NCBI GenBank assembly: GCA_973895155.1 | Contig: OZ316893.1 | Location: 6,410,963 to 6,474,962, forward strand | Origin: Marsupella aquatica | Lineage: Eukaryota > Plantae > Marchantiophyta | Direction: 5' to 3' | DNA length: 64,000 nucleotides | Shown here: positions 36,769 to 49,478 of the stretch, one piece after another | Numbering within the stretch: position 1 is the stretch's first letter | Layout: each line of letters starts with the position of its first letter | Notes under the pieces: model-generated | What the model saw: only the letters and a program-made list of their open reading frames with translations | What the model was told of the DNA's origin: nothing | The model's database searches: none | Program-made: the position numbers and the translations under genes

Positions 36769-39700
36769 GCTGTTTAAGTTTAGGTTGTGCCTCTTCCCGC
36801 CCAATCAGATCACAAATAGAATTCATTTTACTTTGTTGAAGGGTGTGTGACCTGGCAGGAGCCATTATTGGACTTGAACAGCCCAACCTATGCTAGAGAA
36901 TTTCTTGTTTTCTTCTGTGAAAGATTAGTCTTTGGGAGACAGTCCTTCCTAGGTCAACTAGAGTCCATCAGAGGATCACTTCTGCAAGCAAACTTTCTAG
37001 TCCACCTTAGCATTTTAAGTCCATCAAATCAACAAGTTTACAGACAGTACCTTTAGACCCTCTAGTCAATCACAGGACCAATGTGACAGTCAAAAGTTCT
37101 AGTCCATCTGCAGATGTGTAAATTTTAAGGGTTTTTCTTTTTGTCAAGGGTGGCAAATGTCACCATCTGTGAAGGTGAAGGTGCTAAGAATATTCTTTAT
37201 CTAATTTTCCTTGATGAATTTCAGATTGGTGAGATCTAGAATTTAGAATTAAGGACACAAAGAGATTCTGACTAATGGGGTGGTGGCTTGGTGGGAAACT
37301 GGCTATTGTAAAACAAAAAGTCTTGCTCATGTTTACACTTAATAATACACCCCAAACAACATTACCTTGCTGGATTGACCCCCAATGTTCATTTCTTACC
37401 CATCTGACCCACTCTGACAGTTTTCACTGAAATGTTGTCATCAGGGATTATGTCGTGTACTGTGGCATATGAGAATGTAACCCCAGTTTGTAGCCTAACT
37501 GTGTACTGCAAATGCAATCCACGTGAACCATGGGTGCAAGCAACTTGACCAAACTGTCAACAGCTTGGGTAAGGGCTGGCCAAGACTGCGACAACCAAGG
37601 ATTTCAAAAATGATATGAAGGCAATATGTACATATATAATTATAATGTCTTCAAATGTTCATTGTTAAATCATCTTACAAACCAAGTTCCAGATGTTCAT
37701 TGTTTCACGTTCTGTCAGGACAATTCTGTTTGTCACGAGAATTGGGGAGAATATAATTATCCCAAAATATATCATACTAGAGTTACTGGGAGGATGGGGC
37801 TTTGTCTTTTTGTTACCGATCAATACTCTCTCAGTGGTTCTGTAATGTTGTGAGGTACACTTAGGAGTATCAGTTGTTGGCTCTACCAGATGACACAGCC
37901 TCGTGCGGGCCTCGTGACAATGTAACACAAAACCACCATTGACACTTGAATTGGATGACCGTCTCAGTCTCGTGAACGGAAGCTAACCCTGATTTAGACA
38001 TTACACTAGGATAGTCTCCATCTGCCCTTTCCCTTCCTTGAATCGATGAGTAGGCTGTCAAGAGAGGAGTGAGCTTGTCCTGGCATATGCTGTAGTCTGC
38101 TCCCCAAACTTTTAAATCTGACGATTGTGCACTCTATTAGCTCTAATCTCAGATTTGTTTGAAAGCCTCAACAAGCTCTTCCTTTCTATCCAAGTGACAC
38201 TCATTAATTAATCCGTGGACCCCCATGTTCATCCAAGGAATGTTTGTGTGATTAAGTGAAATCAATTTTCATCAAGACGGTAACCAACGGTTTTGAGTTT
38301 CTCGATGGTGTTGGTGTGTGCTCGTACAAAAACAAATGCTCAAAAGATAGAGATTTATCAAATGGAAGGTTGAATGTGGAGGAATTGAGTTTTCTTATAG
38401 GTTTTGCTTACACATTGGAGAAATCATCTTTCAACCATTCTTGATTGATTGTTTGTGAGTTACATTGAGCATTACTGCCACAAGACAATCTAGAGCACAA
38501 CACTCAGTTGTTGGCAAAAAAGCGCTTGTCAATTTGGTGGGAAGAACACACAAAACGAAAGAGCCGTCACTTCAAACAAAGGATTTGTAGTTATTTTTAT
38601 TTAAGAAAGCTATGGTGTGAGGGGAAGACCAACAATTGTTTCTTTGACATAGAGGCTGCATTTGGCGTCAACCTGTGTTTAGAGTGAGCTTTAGTTGAAG
38701 ACTATCTAAGAGATGCGAACAATTCAAGCCGGGAAGCAAGCATTGTGGACAAGCGATGGTGACATAATCAAAGAAATCAATTTGTAGCGGCTAAGTTTGT
38801 GACGGTGATGAGATTGTGATATCTCTTAATCGAGAAAGGGTTTCCAATGAGCCTCAAATTGACAAATTTTGTCAAGTTCCATATGAGTTTTTGAATATCT
38901 TTGCCTTTCCAATGAGTGTTAGTATAAGAAATTTTGATTATGAGTTCATGAATTCTTTTAGCTTTCTAACATTGAGTCTGACATTTACAAATTTTATGTC
39001 AGATTTTGTCACGGTACTCAAGAGATCAAGAGGCTTTCAATCTTTTTAGCTTTCTAATGTGTGACATTGAGATTATTTGTCAAGAAATAGAGAGATCATG
39101 AGTATCTAAATTTCTCTAGCTTTCAAATGAACCTAACATTGATAGATTTTGTCAAGTACTGAGGAGATGATGAGTTTTTAATTTTACTCTAGCTTTCCAA
39201 TGAGTGACATTGAGAGATTTTATCAAGACATTACTAAAGAGATCACGAGTTTCTAAATCTTGATCTTGAATTTTCCAATGAATCAAACATTGGCAAATTT
39301 TATCAAGTACTAAGGAGATTTATTATTTAGTTTTACAATGTGAAGCCAAATGGGTTTTAATTATGTACATTTCTATCGATTGATTTTTTCAAACTTGCAA
39401 ACAATTAAAAAATACAAGCATTTTGATATAAAACACTGATATATCTTTGACAAACATCAAAATGGTAACTTTGTTTTACTAAATGACATCTCTTCCTTTG
39501 TATTTTGGTTTTTTTACGTTTAATATTTACGGCATGGCGCCCCAAAAATTACGTTGCTTTTGCCACAAACAAGTATGTGCACGTTTGTTATTGTTAAAAG
39601 TAGGATCATTCCTGTTTGTGGCTAGTTGTGATGATGTGGCGCAACCTCATGGCAGAGAATTTGCAAGAGACCCCTAATGGAGGTCCGTAATAAATTCATT

Positions 39701-42059
39701 TTGTTGACATGAATTTCAGAATTTGCAAGTTTTTTGACAACACAGACTACAGGGATGACACAAGACAGCACTGGATAATATGACCTAAACCCCAAAGTAA
39801 CCTCTAAACGACTGAAGGCCATACTGATTTTGTATTTAAACACGAAAGTACCCAAAAGTGCATCTGATGCCATACTTACCACTGGCAGACTGTGCTCTTG
39901 AGACAACTGCGGAGACAGGCTCAAATCATCGCAAATTTCAGTTCATGGTAGTAAACTCTTCCAGGTAGTGCACTCACAAGAACTACCAGCAAGAAACTAT
40001 TAGAGGGGGTCGATTGGGTAACAAATGAACATCTGGGTTGATCAAACAAGAAGAAATTCGTGTTTGGCAGTCGATTAAGCATATACCTTGAGTCGGTGTA
40101 GTTTGTCTCTAGTATTCCCCAGCATCAGAGAGGAGAGAAGAGGCAAATTTTGAGATGGTCCAAGAAAAAAGGTTTTGAAAACAAAAAATATAAAATAGAA
40201 GGTCTAACAGTTGGCGGACAGGTACTGTACCTTTTCATCGATCAATGCACATACAGTAGTCTTTCTCTCGAAGTGCATATTCCAGCTAAGAAGCATCAGA
40301 TTTGCACTTGATATGGATTAGTGAAAAAATGTATCAAGTCCAAATGCGGGTTGGTACTATAAGGGGTGATAAGCGCATAAATGTTGAATGATGCACTTAT
40401 CAATAAGAGTTACAGTGCCTCCATATGCTATGGCCCCCATTGTAAGTGAACATTCTGGGCCCCTACTCTTACTTACATTTCTTGAGTGTTTGCATCTATA
40501 GGTGTGTATAGAGAAAGTTTTTCTGGCCTGCGTTGCACCTAAAAAAAGCAAGAATTTGCACAATCCACAAGAGAAGGGAAGAAGGGACGCGTGGCAGTTA
40601 TCCAGGTTTTGCAATTATGGAGTGTGCACTTATAGCTAGAATACTGTATGAAATAGACCGTCCAAGAGTTTTGCACAGGTACTGTACCTTCGCATATGTC
40701 ATCAGGGTAGAGAGAATGCTCTCGAACCAAAAACTATAAAATAGAAGGTCCAAGCGTTTGCAGCCAGGGGCTGTACCTTTTCATCTCCCCTCAGAGTCAG
40801 GAAAGCTGGCAAGGTGAGGGAGGTCGACTCAGTGACAATTATTATTATGGGCCCTGATGCACCGTACCGATAAGCCTGCACTAGTGAACTGTCTGGACCA
40901 CGTTGAGGATGAGGCGGCCGTAGAGAGCAGGGAAAAGCAATGATTGCAAGTCTCCCACTAACTCCAGTCCATGGGGACAGGATCGACGGCACATTTGGGC
41001 CCTGAAGATGATCCCACCACCATAGCCTTCGATTCGATTCGTTGATTCGAAGGTTTGTCTCCTTTGAGCTCGAAATTATTACCTTTGATTCGAAGATTTG
41101 TCTGCTTTGAGCTCGAAATTATTACTTTTGAATGGAAAGGTCCATGCATGGAGACTGTACTGAGCTGCGTAGGTAAAGTACGAAGGTCCTGCCACAGTTT
41201 GAGGAGGCGTTCTCGAAGCATGGAGGATCATGCCCCACCATTTCTGGACTATTATTAATGTGATGACGGTGGGCGGCGTTGCAATGCGTTGCATGGAGAA
41301 CAGAGCTGAAAATATAATTTAATAAATAGGCTCGTGGTGTTCTTATTCGAGATGTGATTGCTCCGAGAAAAGCTTTTCTGTTCACCGTAAAGAGGAGCTG
41401 CAAACTAGAGCAATGAGATTGCAGCAGTTCCGAGTTTTGCGTGGAGCGGATGCGTTGTTCTAGAACGGCGGAGTCTGTGGGCCATTAGACACGTGCAGCT
41501 TTCAGCTTGTGGCTCCTCAGCTCCTGTACATGGATGGAAAATGACGAGAGGGATCTCTGATTTCCCGCTTGTAATGAAATTCCCCTCCTGGAATGATGGT
41601 TTCGGGCTCTCCGTGGCACAATCATCCTGGGGGTTTTATTTGATCCAAGCCACATCAACGCCAAGTGATAACTTATTAGCAATGTGAGAGCGTGGGGCTC
41701 TTCTGAATTGGGAGACTGTTTGACCAGTAAGGACGGAATGACAAGATGGGTTGGTACAATCTCCACTGCGACTCTGCGAGGGGAGCTGACAGGGCAGGAA
41801 GCTTCCGCTGAGCTCGAGACAGTACTGGCGGATCCCTTTTTAGATAATTAATGACCTTGAATATCTTTCGCAAACTTTCTTGGGATACGAGAGCTGGGAG
41901 AGGCAGGAAGAGAGGCGACGAGACGAGATCCTTTTTCCGCATCTCTCTCGGAATTTCTAGGACTGAGATTTAATTAGACGGAGTTGTTGGAAGCGGACCT
42001 GACTAGTGACAAGGCATAGCACCCCACTAAATTCGGAACGACATCTCACTGCTACAGCT

Positions 42060-42431
42060 CCACCACAGCATTGTCTGTCGTAAAGGCTGTCTGCGTGTCG
42101 GTCGATTGCCTAGACGGAGTAGTGGGCCACACGGGAAGGTCCGAGTAGTGTTTTTGTGCTACTCTCACTTTTGGAGGTTTCGTCTGCACAAGTAGGAGCT
42201 CGAGACTGGCGCTGTTGTCCTCTTGGAGATGTGGGTTAGTAGGTTCTTCTGGGTTATGTTGTGCCTAGCTCTGCTAGAACAAGTGCACAGGTTGGTCTTT
42301 TGTGCGCCTGATTTGTCACACAGCGGTCGACGGTAGTGTACATAGTTTAGTCGAACATAACTCTCGCGAGACCTTGTGGCAAAATCCCGACGAAAAGCGG
42401 CCGTGTGTGGTAGGTTTCTGCGTCTTTGGGT
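42060..42431 (+). repeat. Diverged duplicate of the SDH upstream region (about 26310-26722)
   Basis: Colinear shared blocks: TGTCGTAAAG(G)CTGTCTGCGTGTCGGTCGAT.GC.T.GACGGAG, TAGTCGAACAT.ACTC and GTTTCT.CGT.TT.GGGT. Confidence 0.75.
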
Positions 42432-45400
42432 GAAGTAGCGGCAAGGCTATGCGCTTTCGAGCATGTTGTCTGGGAGAGAGAATGTGGTGTGGCCGTCACG
42501 AAATGTTCTCCCGAGAGAGATCACGCATCCTGGAGACGTGAGAGCAAGCAACTTGTCATATTCTCAGATAGGCGAGAAGGACAAAAGCGTGGTCCTTCCG
42601 CAGTAGGATCATCAGCAGTTGATCTTCACCACATATTCTGGGACCTCTTCAGGCATTTATTTAGAGAGGGTTCACAATCACAGGAAGCTAGTTAGGCAGG
42701 CAGGCAGGGAAGCAATGGAGCTGGATTGGTACCATGACAAACTGGGGGTGAATGCCGTGCTCACACCTACGTCTTCCTTCAAGTGGATGTCGAGTTTTGG
42801 CGACTCGGGGAGGCAGAGCCCTTCGCGGTTACTTTCGATTTTAAACTTGGTGAGCTTCGAATGCTTGTGTTTATGCTCTAAGACTTCTCATTCGTTGAAT
42901 GTGTGCCTTTAGCAGTGCCTCGACCTAGCACAACCCTGGCCCGGTGTCTATGCCAACAATCGCTCTATACCACAAGTGGTGGACCTCCCAACACTCACGT
43001 TTAAGTACTCCCCAATCAGTGCCATGTGCAATGGAAGCTGTATATTTAGCTACTCCGAATGGGGCGGTGTCTCCGAACGGGGCGACCAATCGAAAAGACA
43101 TCTTTTACTTCCCGAAGAGACCTTGCTTTCAGTCATGCCCTCCTAAGCTGTGCCGTGACATTCAGTAGACGCCTAAGCTATTGCGGTTCGCGTACAAGCA
43201 AGGAAATGGAATCAAGTTCGATTGACTAACTTCAATTTGCTTACTTCGTTGCCTTTCTTATTACAGAAAACACTAAGAGGCTATGACTCAGTGGACGAAT
43301 ACTCTCCCCGGGGTAGAAACCTCTCCTCGCCCAAGACGCGAAGGGATGTCAAATGCCGAAGGTCTCTGTCAGGTGGAGATCCCAAGTGTTCCATGAGCTC
43401 GCCATCGTCAACATCGTCGTCGTTATCACCCTCTTCCACGAAGGCCCATGTTTGCTTTGGTTGTGTGCTGCACTCTCATGTTGAGTAGCCAGCTTCTGGC
43501 TCGTCGATGACCCTACCCCTGGGTCTTCATGTCCTTCATTAGTACCAGGGATGAAAAATATCACTATGTCGATGTTCTGAAGGAGCACTCCTTCGCACCA
43601 TCCGCTCAACCACAGGGGTTTTAGCTGCTGACTAGATATATGGAGGTATATGCCGGATTTTCGGAAATTTTTGCAAATTGTTACCCATATTTCTCCTGTA
43701 ATGCAGGTTTATGTGTAGTCTTACTTTTCGAATTCTCGATACCCAGAAACTCTGATACGAAGAAGTAGTAGAGAATAGCGAGCTTTGGTGTAAGAGGAGG
43801 AGCCATCGATGCCTTCAATTGTAGGCAGGTTCCTGATGGAAGCCGCAGAAATGTATTCACGGTGAGTATTTTTCGGTGTGTCACTGAGTGCAACATTCGA
43901 ACTATTCGTTAAGGCGACATGTAGGAGAACAATGGGAGATCATATGTTTTGTTCCCAAGCCTTCTCCTCGCTGGACGATGAGCTCTATGGATTGATGGAA
44001 CTTTTTGTGTTGCTGCTGTTGACGAAGACTAGTTGGTATTCTGGTTATTTGAGTACTCCGCGCCTGCAGCTCATAAAGCTCTATGACTATTTTTTGGTCC
44101 GTCACCCTCTAATGTTTACCTTCATGCACCTCTAGATTGGAGTATCTCGAGTGGTATTACACGCAAGGTTACGTGTTTCTCTGCACTCACGGGGTCAACT
44201 GTTCGTTCGGGGATTTTCATTAGCATTTCCGTGTTCTACTTTTTGTAAGCCGTAGGACAAGTCTGGAGAAATGCAAGATCATGTACTATATGACTATGAA
44301 GACGCCCGAAGGGCTGAACGTGTGAATAAATAAAGCTCGGTAAGAGCGTGCTTTGCATCCATTCACTCTGTTCCATAAGATGTGTCTTGCAACTGGAAGA
44401 TTTTGTTTCCGACATTTCAGGTGAATTGCGCTTGGTGGGATCTTAAATTGTTTTTGGTGGGAGTTAGACGATATGGAGGGCTTGTACATATATTGTAGAA
44501 TCGTTGTCGTTGCACAGAAAATGAGGCGAACAATGAGTGAGTTCGGTTGGAAACCGTACAAAGAAAACCCGACGACATGCATGACAAATCTTCTGCTCTG
44601 GTTTCCAGAGGTCTAGAGCCTACATCAACTGAGTTGTGAAGCTGCAAATCAGAGTGGATCATTTCTGTTTTTCTTGGTGCTGCATGTGTATTGAACTTAC
44701 TGAACTGTCGTGTATTGACCAGTAGCATTTCAATTTCAGCTGTGTGCACTTCATGTTAGTGGCGAGGGTTCTGGATTTAGCTTCTGCAGTATCGAGCAGG
44801 CAATAGAGAGCCTTCATCAGGAGATCGTTGACCAGCATAATTTCGTTATTGAAAAACTAATGCGAAGGACGAGGATGAAGTTTTTCGAGTATCTGGTTTT
44901 TGCTTTGGAAAATTCACGATTGTGATTTAAAGCATTTGCAAGCTCATCAGGCCTTCTATGGGCTATCTACTGAGGACTCTATATGCTTTTCGATTTTCTT
45001 ACTAACAGATATCCTATTTTTTTTGCTGTTGGTGAAAACCCTCCTATTTGTTTGAGAAAATTGGTCATTGTTATGTCCCCTCCTATGTACTAGTTTGCTT
45101 TGATCTACTAGGGAAATGATGCCTGCCAAATCATATTGAAGACGATTGCCTGCTTCTGAATGAGCTTGACACACAAGGCGAGCAACTTCCAGTGTTATTT
45201 TTTGACATTGCACAGACATCGAAGCGTAATCAAGAAATAAGGAGCCGGGAAAACCTGGGGATCTATAGGTTTTGATCTAAATCTTAAGAATGGAGTGCAG
45301 GAATAATATTTCAATAGTGGGCTACTAGAGTTCTCAGAATATGTGTTTGGCAGAGTTTGTGGTTTGGAAAAGACATGTACTTGATGCACCCTGAAGAGAA

Positions 45401-46570
45401 AAAGTGTTACTTGTGGACCTCATGAGTTTTTTGGGTAGGTTGATTTAAGGTCTATCAACAATATGGATCACTCATGGGGTGATCAATTAACACTTTTCAT
45501 TTTTGGTGTTCATCTAGTATATCTCTCAATTGGTCAGTGATACTTGTGTAAGACCTTGTTGAGTGGTATTTGTGTAAGATGGGTTTGATTTGAGAATGAA
45601 CTTTAGCCATCAAAATTGGATTGAGGTTGTTGAGTTTGTAATGTTCGGAGAGGTGTATGGTTTATGGACCCCCTAGTAGGAAAAGTTTGCTTTCAGATGG
45701 ACTCCATGAAGTTCTGTTAGAGTTTTGATCCCCCATGAAAATTCACTATTGTCTAAAAGCCCCCACTCCACATATAGTTAGTATTCAACATGACACTTAC
45801 AAGAACCACTACAAGAACATCTGGAACAAAAGTGTAGTGGTGGGTCTAAACTCTAACAAAATTTTCAGGGGGGGGGGGGTGTAAACTATAACAAAACTGT
45901 CATCGGGTCTGTCCAGTAAAATTTTTCAGCTAGGGGGTCTATTATTAAGCCCTGTTGGTACATCAATTGCCAAGTTTGGGAGGTCGTTGGTTTTAGGGGA
46001 TCCAGGTAAATTCCTCTTTATGACCCCCTGAGCAGTTTACTCCACAACACCAGGCTTTTAAGTTTTTTTTGTTCAGTTTGCTCCTCAGTAGTTGCTAAGT
46101 TCTTTTGCCAGGTTTTTGATCCCTTGGTCTTCTTGAGTGTTTTCTCCCCTTGTTTTTTCCCCTCTATTGGGTCTCTTGCCTTTAAGATCTTGTTTCTCCA
46201 GTTCGGCAGCATATTTGTTCATTGCAATGTGATATCCTAAACTATAATACAAGGTTGCGTCTTTTTATGAAATGGTCATCATTCAAATATGGAGTGTGCA
46301 AAAAACATTAATAATGTCAAAGAGAAGAAATAAAGGTTATATTAAATTTAGTGTGCACAAAAAAGTAATAAATGCATTCCATACAAGAGGGTATCAAATG
46401 GGAGACACAAAAGGAGGGAGCCAATGGGGCACACAAAACAAGAGAATGAATGTACATGCATGAGTGTTGTCATCGCTTGAAAGTTGAGACCTTCCTTCCC
46501 CTCTTCGTACACTGGGCTGGCGTGTACAATCTGCCAAATTTTCTATTCTTTTCTTTTCTTTTTTGTTTCG

Positions 46571-47597
46571 TGAGTTAAATCTACGTCAAGTTAATGCTCC
46601 CCCACTTTCCCGGGGCAAGTTATTGCTCCCCCACTTTCCCAGGGCGCCGTACACTGCCCGTCCCAATCCCCATGCTGCTGCCCGCTCCGGCCCAAGTTTG
46701 GCAGAACATAAACCAAATGAATACTCTACAATTTAACGCATGCGTTCCGGTCCGATCGACTTTGCACCATCAACTTCGGGTTTATGTTTTGGCACCCATC
46801 ACTTTTTGTCGGCGGCTCCAGCCCGGTCGACTTTGTGTCATCAACTTTTTGGAAATAAGTGTTGCCAAGACATAAACCACAACTCCATAGAGAATAAGTA
46901 TTTGGCATAACATAAACCAAGAGTCTAACAATCATGACTCTCAACCAAAGTATTAGGCTCCCCTTGAACACTTAGACTCTATTACAAAATAGGTATGACT
47001 CCATCAGAAACAAGTGTTGCCAGAACATAAACCATGACTCCATCGAGAAGAAGCATTTGGAAAAACATCAACCAAGACTCTAGAATCATGACTCTTAACC
47101 AAAATACTAGGTTGTGCCTAAATGCTTAGACAGTCTTACTAAACAAACATCACTCCCTTGGAAAGAAGTGTTCCCAAAACATTAATCACAAGTCCATAGA
47201 GGATAAGTATTTAGCACAACATAAACCAAGACTCTATAAATCATGACTCTTAACCAAAGTACTAGGCTTGCCTTGAACACTTAGACTCTCTTACAAAGAA
47301 AATATAACTCTGTTGGAAAGAAGAGTTGCCAGAACATAAACCACGACTCCATAAGGAAGAAGTCGATGACACAAACTGAAGTCGTTTGGGCTGGAGCGAG
47401 CGAATGTGCCAAAACATAAACCCGCAGTCGATGGCGCAAAGTCGATCGGGCCGGAGCAAATGCGTTAAATCTTAGAGTATTGGTTTATGTTCTGCCAAAC
47501 TTGGGCCGGAGCAGGCAGCAGCATCGGGGATTGGGACGGGTAGTGTACGGCGCCCCGGGAAAGTGGGGGAGCATTAACTTGACATAGATTTAACTCA
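46571..47597. mobile_element. Non-autonomous foldback element with TIRs of about 250 bp and internal tandem repeats
   Basis: TGAGTTAAATCTACGTCAAGTTAATGCTCCCCCACTTTCCCGGGGC... is mirrored at 47597, with inverted similarity extending to about 46846/47359. The interior is built of CATAAACCA(A/T)GACTC repeats. No TSD seen. Confidence 0.85.
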
Positions 47598-48189
47598 GGG
47601 TAGTATCAAGGACGTTCCTGACACATACACATGAAATACAAAACTATATAATATATATGATACTATGTATTATTGCAAATATTACAATATTGTAAAATAG
47701 GTTAATTAAACACAATAGGTTAGATGACAAGGACAATGTCAAAAGTTATAATAAAATGTTACTTTTTTATAGTAGTCATTCAAATTTGAAATATCCCAAA
47801 AATGAAAAACAGTAAAGAATGATTTCTTTTGTGAATGAAAATGGAGACAATGTTTCCAAGCAAAAAATGAATTTAATAGTACAAAGAAAATCAGGAGGGT
47901 CTCTAGCAATGTAAGAGTATCAAGGAGACCTCCCTTTACCATGTACCACTATAATCCTCCCTTTACAAACTAAAAAAAAGTGACAATCAATCTTGAATGT
48001 TCATCAAAACATAATTTTTTTCCACACATCTATCCATACACTCCTTCTAAAATAAGTTCCTGCCCAAGCTACTCTTTAACCTTCCCATACCTGCCACAAT
48101 GAAAAAATTAATCAAAAATTAATTAATTTTATTCATATATAAATAATTCTAATTTTTTTGAAATAATTTCAAATATAAATAAAATATAG

Positions 48190-48580
48190 ATAAAATATTT
48201 TCTCATCTTGACATGTTTTCTTCATATTAAGATCTTTTCACCTCAAGATCTTTGCTCATCTTGACATATTTTCCTCACCTTGAGATCTTTTTTCACCTCG
48301 ACATGTATATTATATTTGTCTCATTTTGCCATATTTTTCTCACCTGGCCATCTTTCTTCACCCTCAACATTTTTTCCTCATATTGACATCTTTTTCTCAT
48401 CTTGCCAGGTCTCTCCTTGACATATTTTTCTCACCTCCAAATGTTTTTCTCTAATATGACATCTTTTTCTCACCTTGCCATCTTTTCTCTCCTTGACATA
48501 TTTTTCTCAGCTCAAAATGTTTTTCTCTTATCGACATCTTTTCTCACCTTGATATATTTTCTCACCTCAACATGCATCAT
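48190..48580. repeat. Degenerate minisatellite of about 19 bp (TTTTCTCACCTTGACATA-like)
   Basis: Many imperfect tandem units read directly from the sequence. Confidence 0.7.
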
Positions 48581-49261
48581 TTGTGCAATGCACAGATATA
48601 AGGGCTGGCCCGAGATGTACTTAACAATATCTTTGAGTAATGACATACTTGACCTATTGACCATTTTGTACTTAACAACATCTTAGTAGTTAACATCTTT
48701 GGCATGACGACATCATTGGCGACATGACATCTACTTTACTTGACAATTTTTTTTACTTGATGACCTTTTGGGCAACATGCCATCTCTGGCAAAATGAATT
48801 CTTTTTCTTAACAACATTTTTTTACTTCATGACATCTTTCACATAAGAGTCTGCTCTTCTGCTAACTTCCACCATAAGCAGGTGTTTTCCTTCCACCACC
48901 AGAGGCAACAAGCCGGGCTCTGCTATGAAAAGTTTTCCAATTGCCTGAGGGGTTGTCAGTCCCATGAGTTATCAGGCACTCCCACCTTGACTCCCATCAG
49001 TTGCTCTGGGCAGTCTTCCTTAATTCAAAAAGTTTATCAAGTACTCCCATCAGGTATTCCAATCAGCCTAGTTTTCTCTGGTTTGATCTTGCTGAATGAT
49101 TTTTTTTTCCCTCTTGGCAGCCTTGCTAAGACACTTTTTCACTCAGCTGCCGTGGACTCATTGTTACTTATCAAACCACAATTTAAGGTGATTCCAAGGA
49201 TCTTTGTTTTCAAAATTTCTTTGAACTAAGTGGATGCAATTCTAAAAAATAGGTGATCATC

Positions 49262-49478
49262 GTATGGGTTGTGGAGTGACATGGCTGGATGAATGTCATT
49301 TGGGTGTACTATGAGTTCACAAGAAGACCATTAATTTGTTCCAAAAAAATTACAGAAATATAACACTGAAGGTATGGGTTGTGGAATGCTGGATGAATGT
49401 CATCTGGGGTGAACTATGAGTTCACAAGAAGACGGCTTTAATTTGTTCAAAAAAATTACAGAAATATAACACTGAAGG
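49262..49478. repeat. Tandem duplication of about 110 bp
   Basis: GTATGGGTTGTGGA...AGAAATATAACACTGAAG occurs at 49262 and 49372. Confidence 0.88.
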
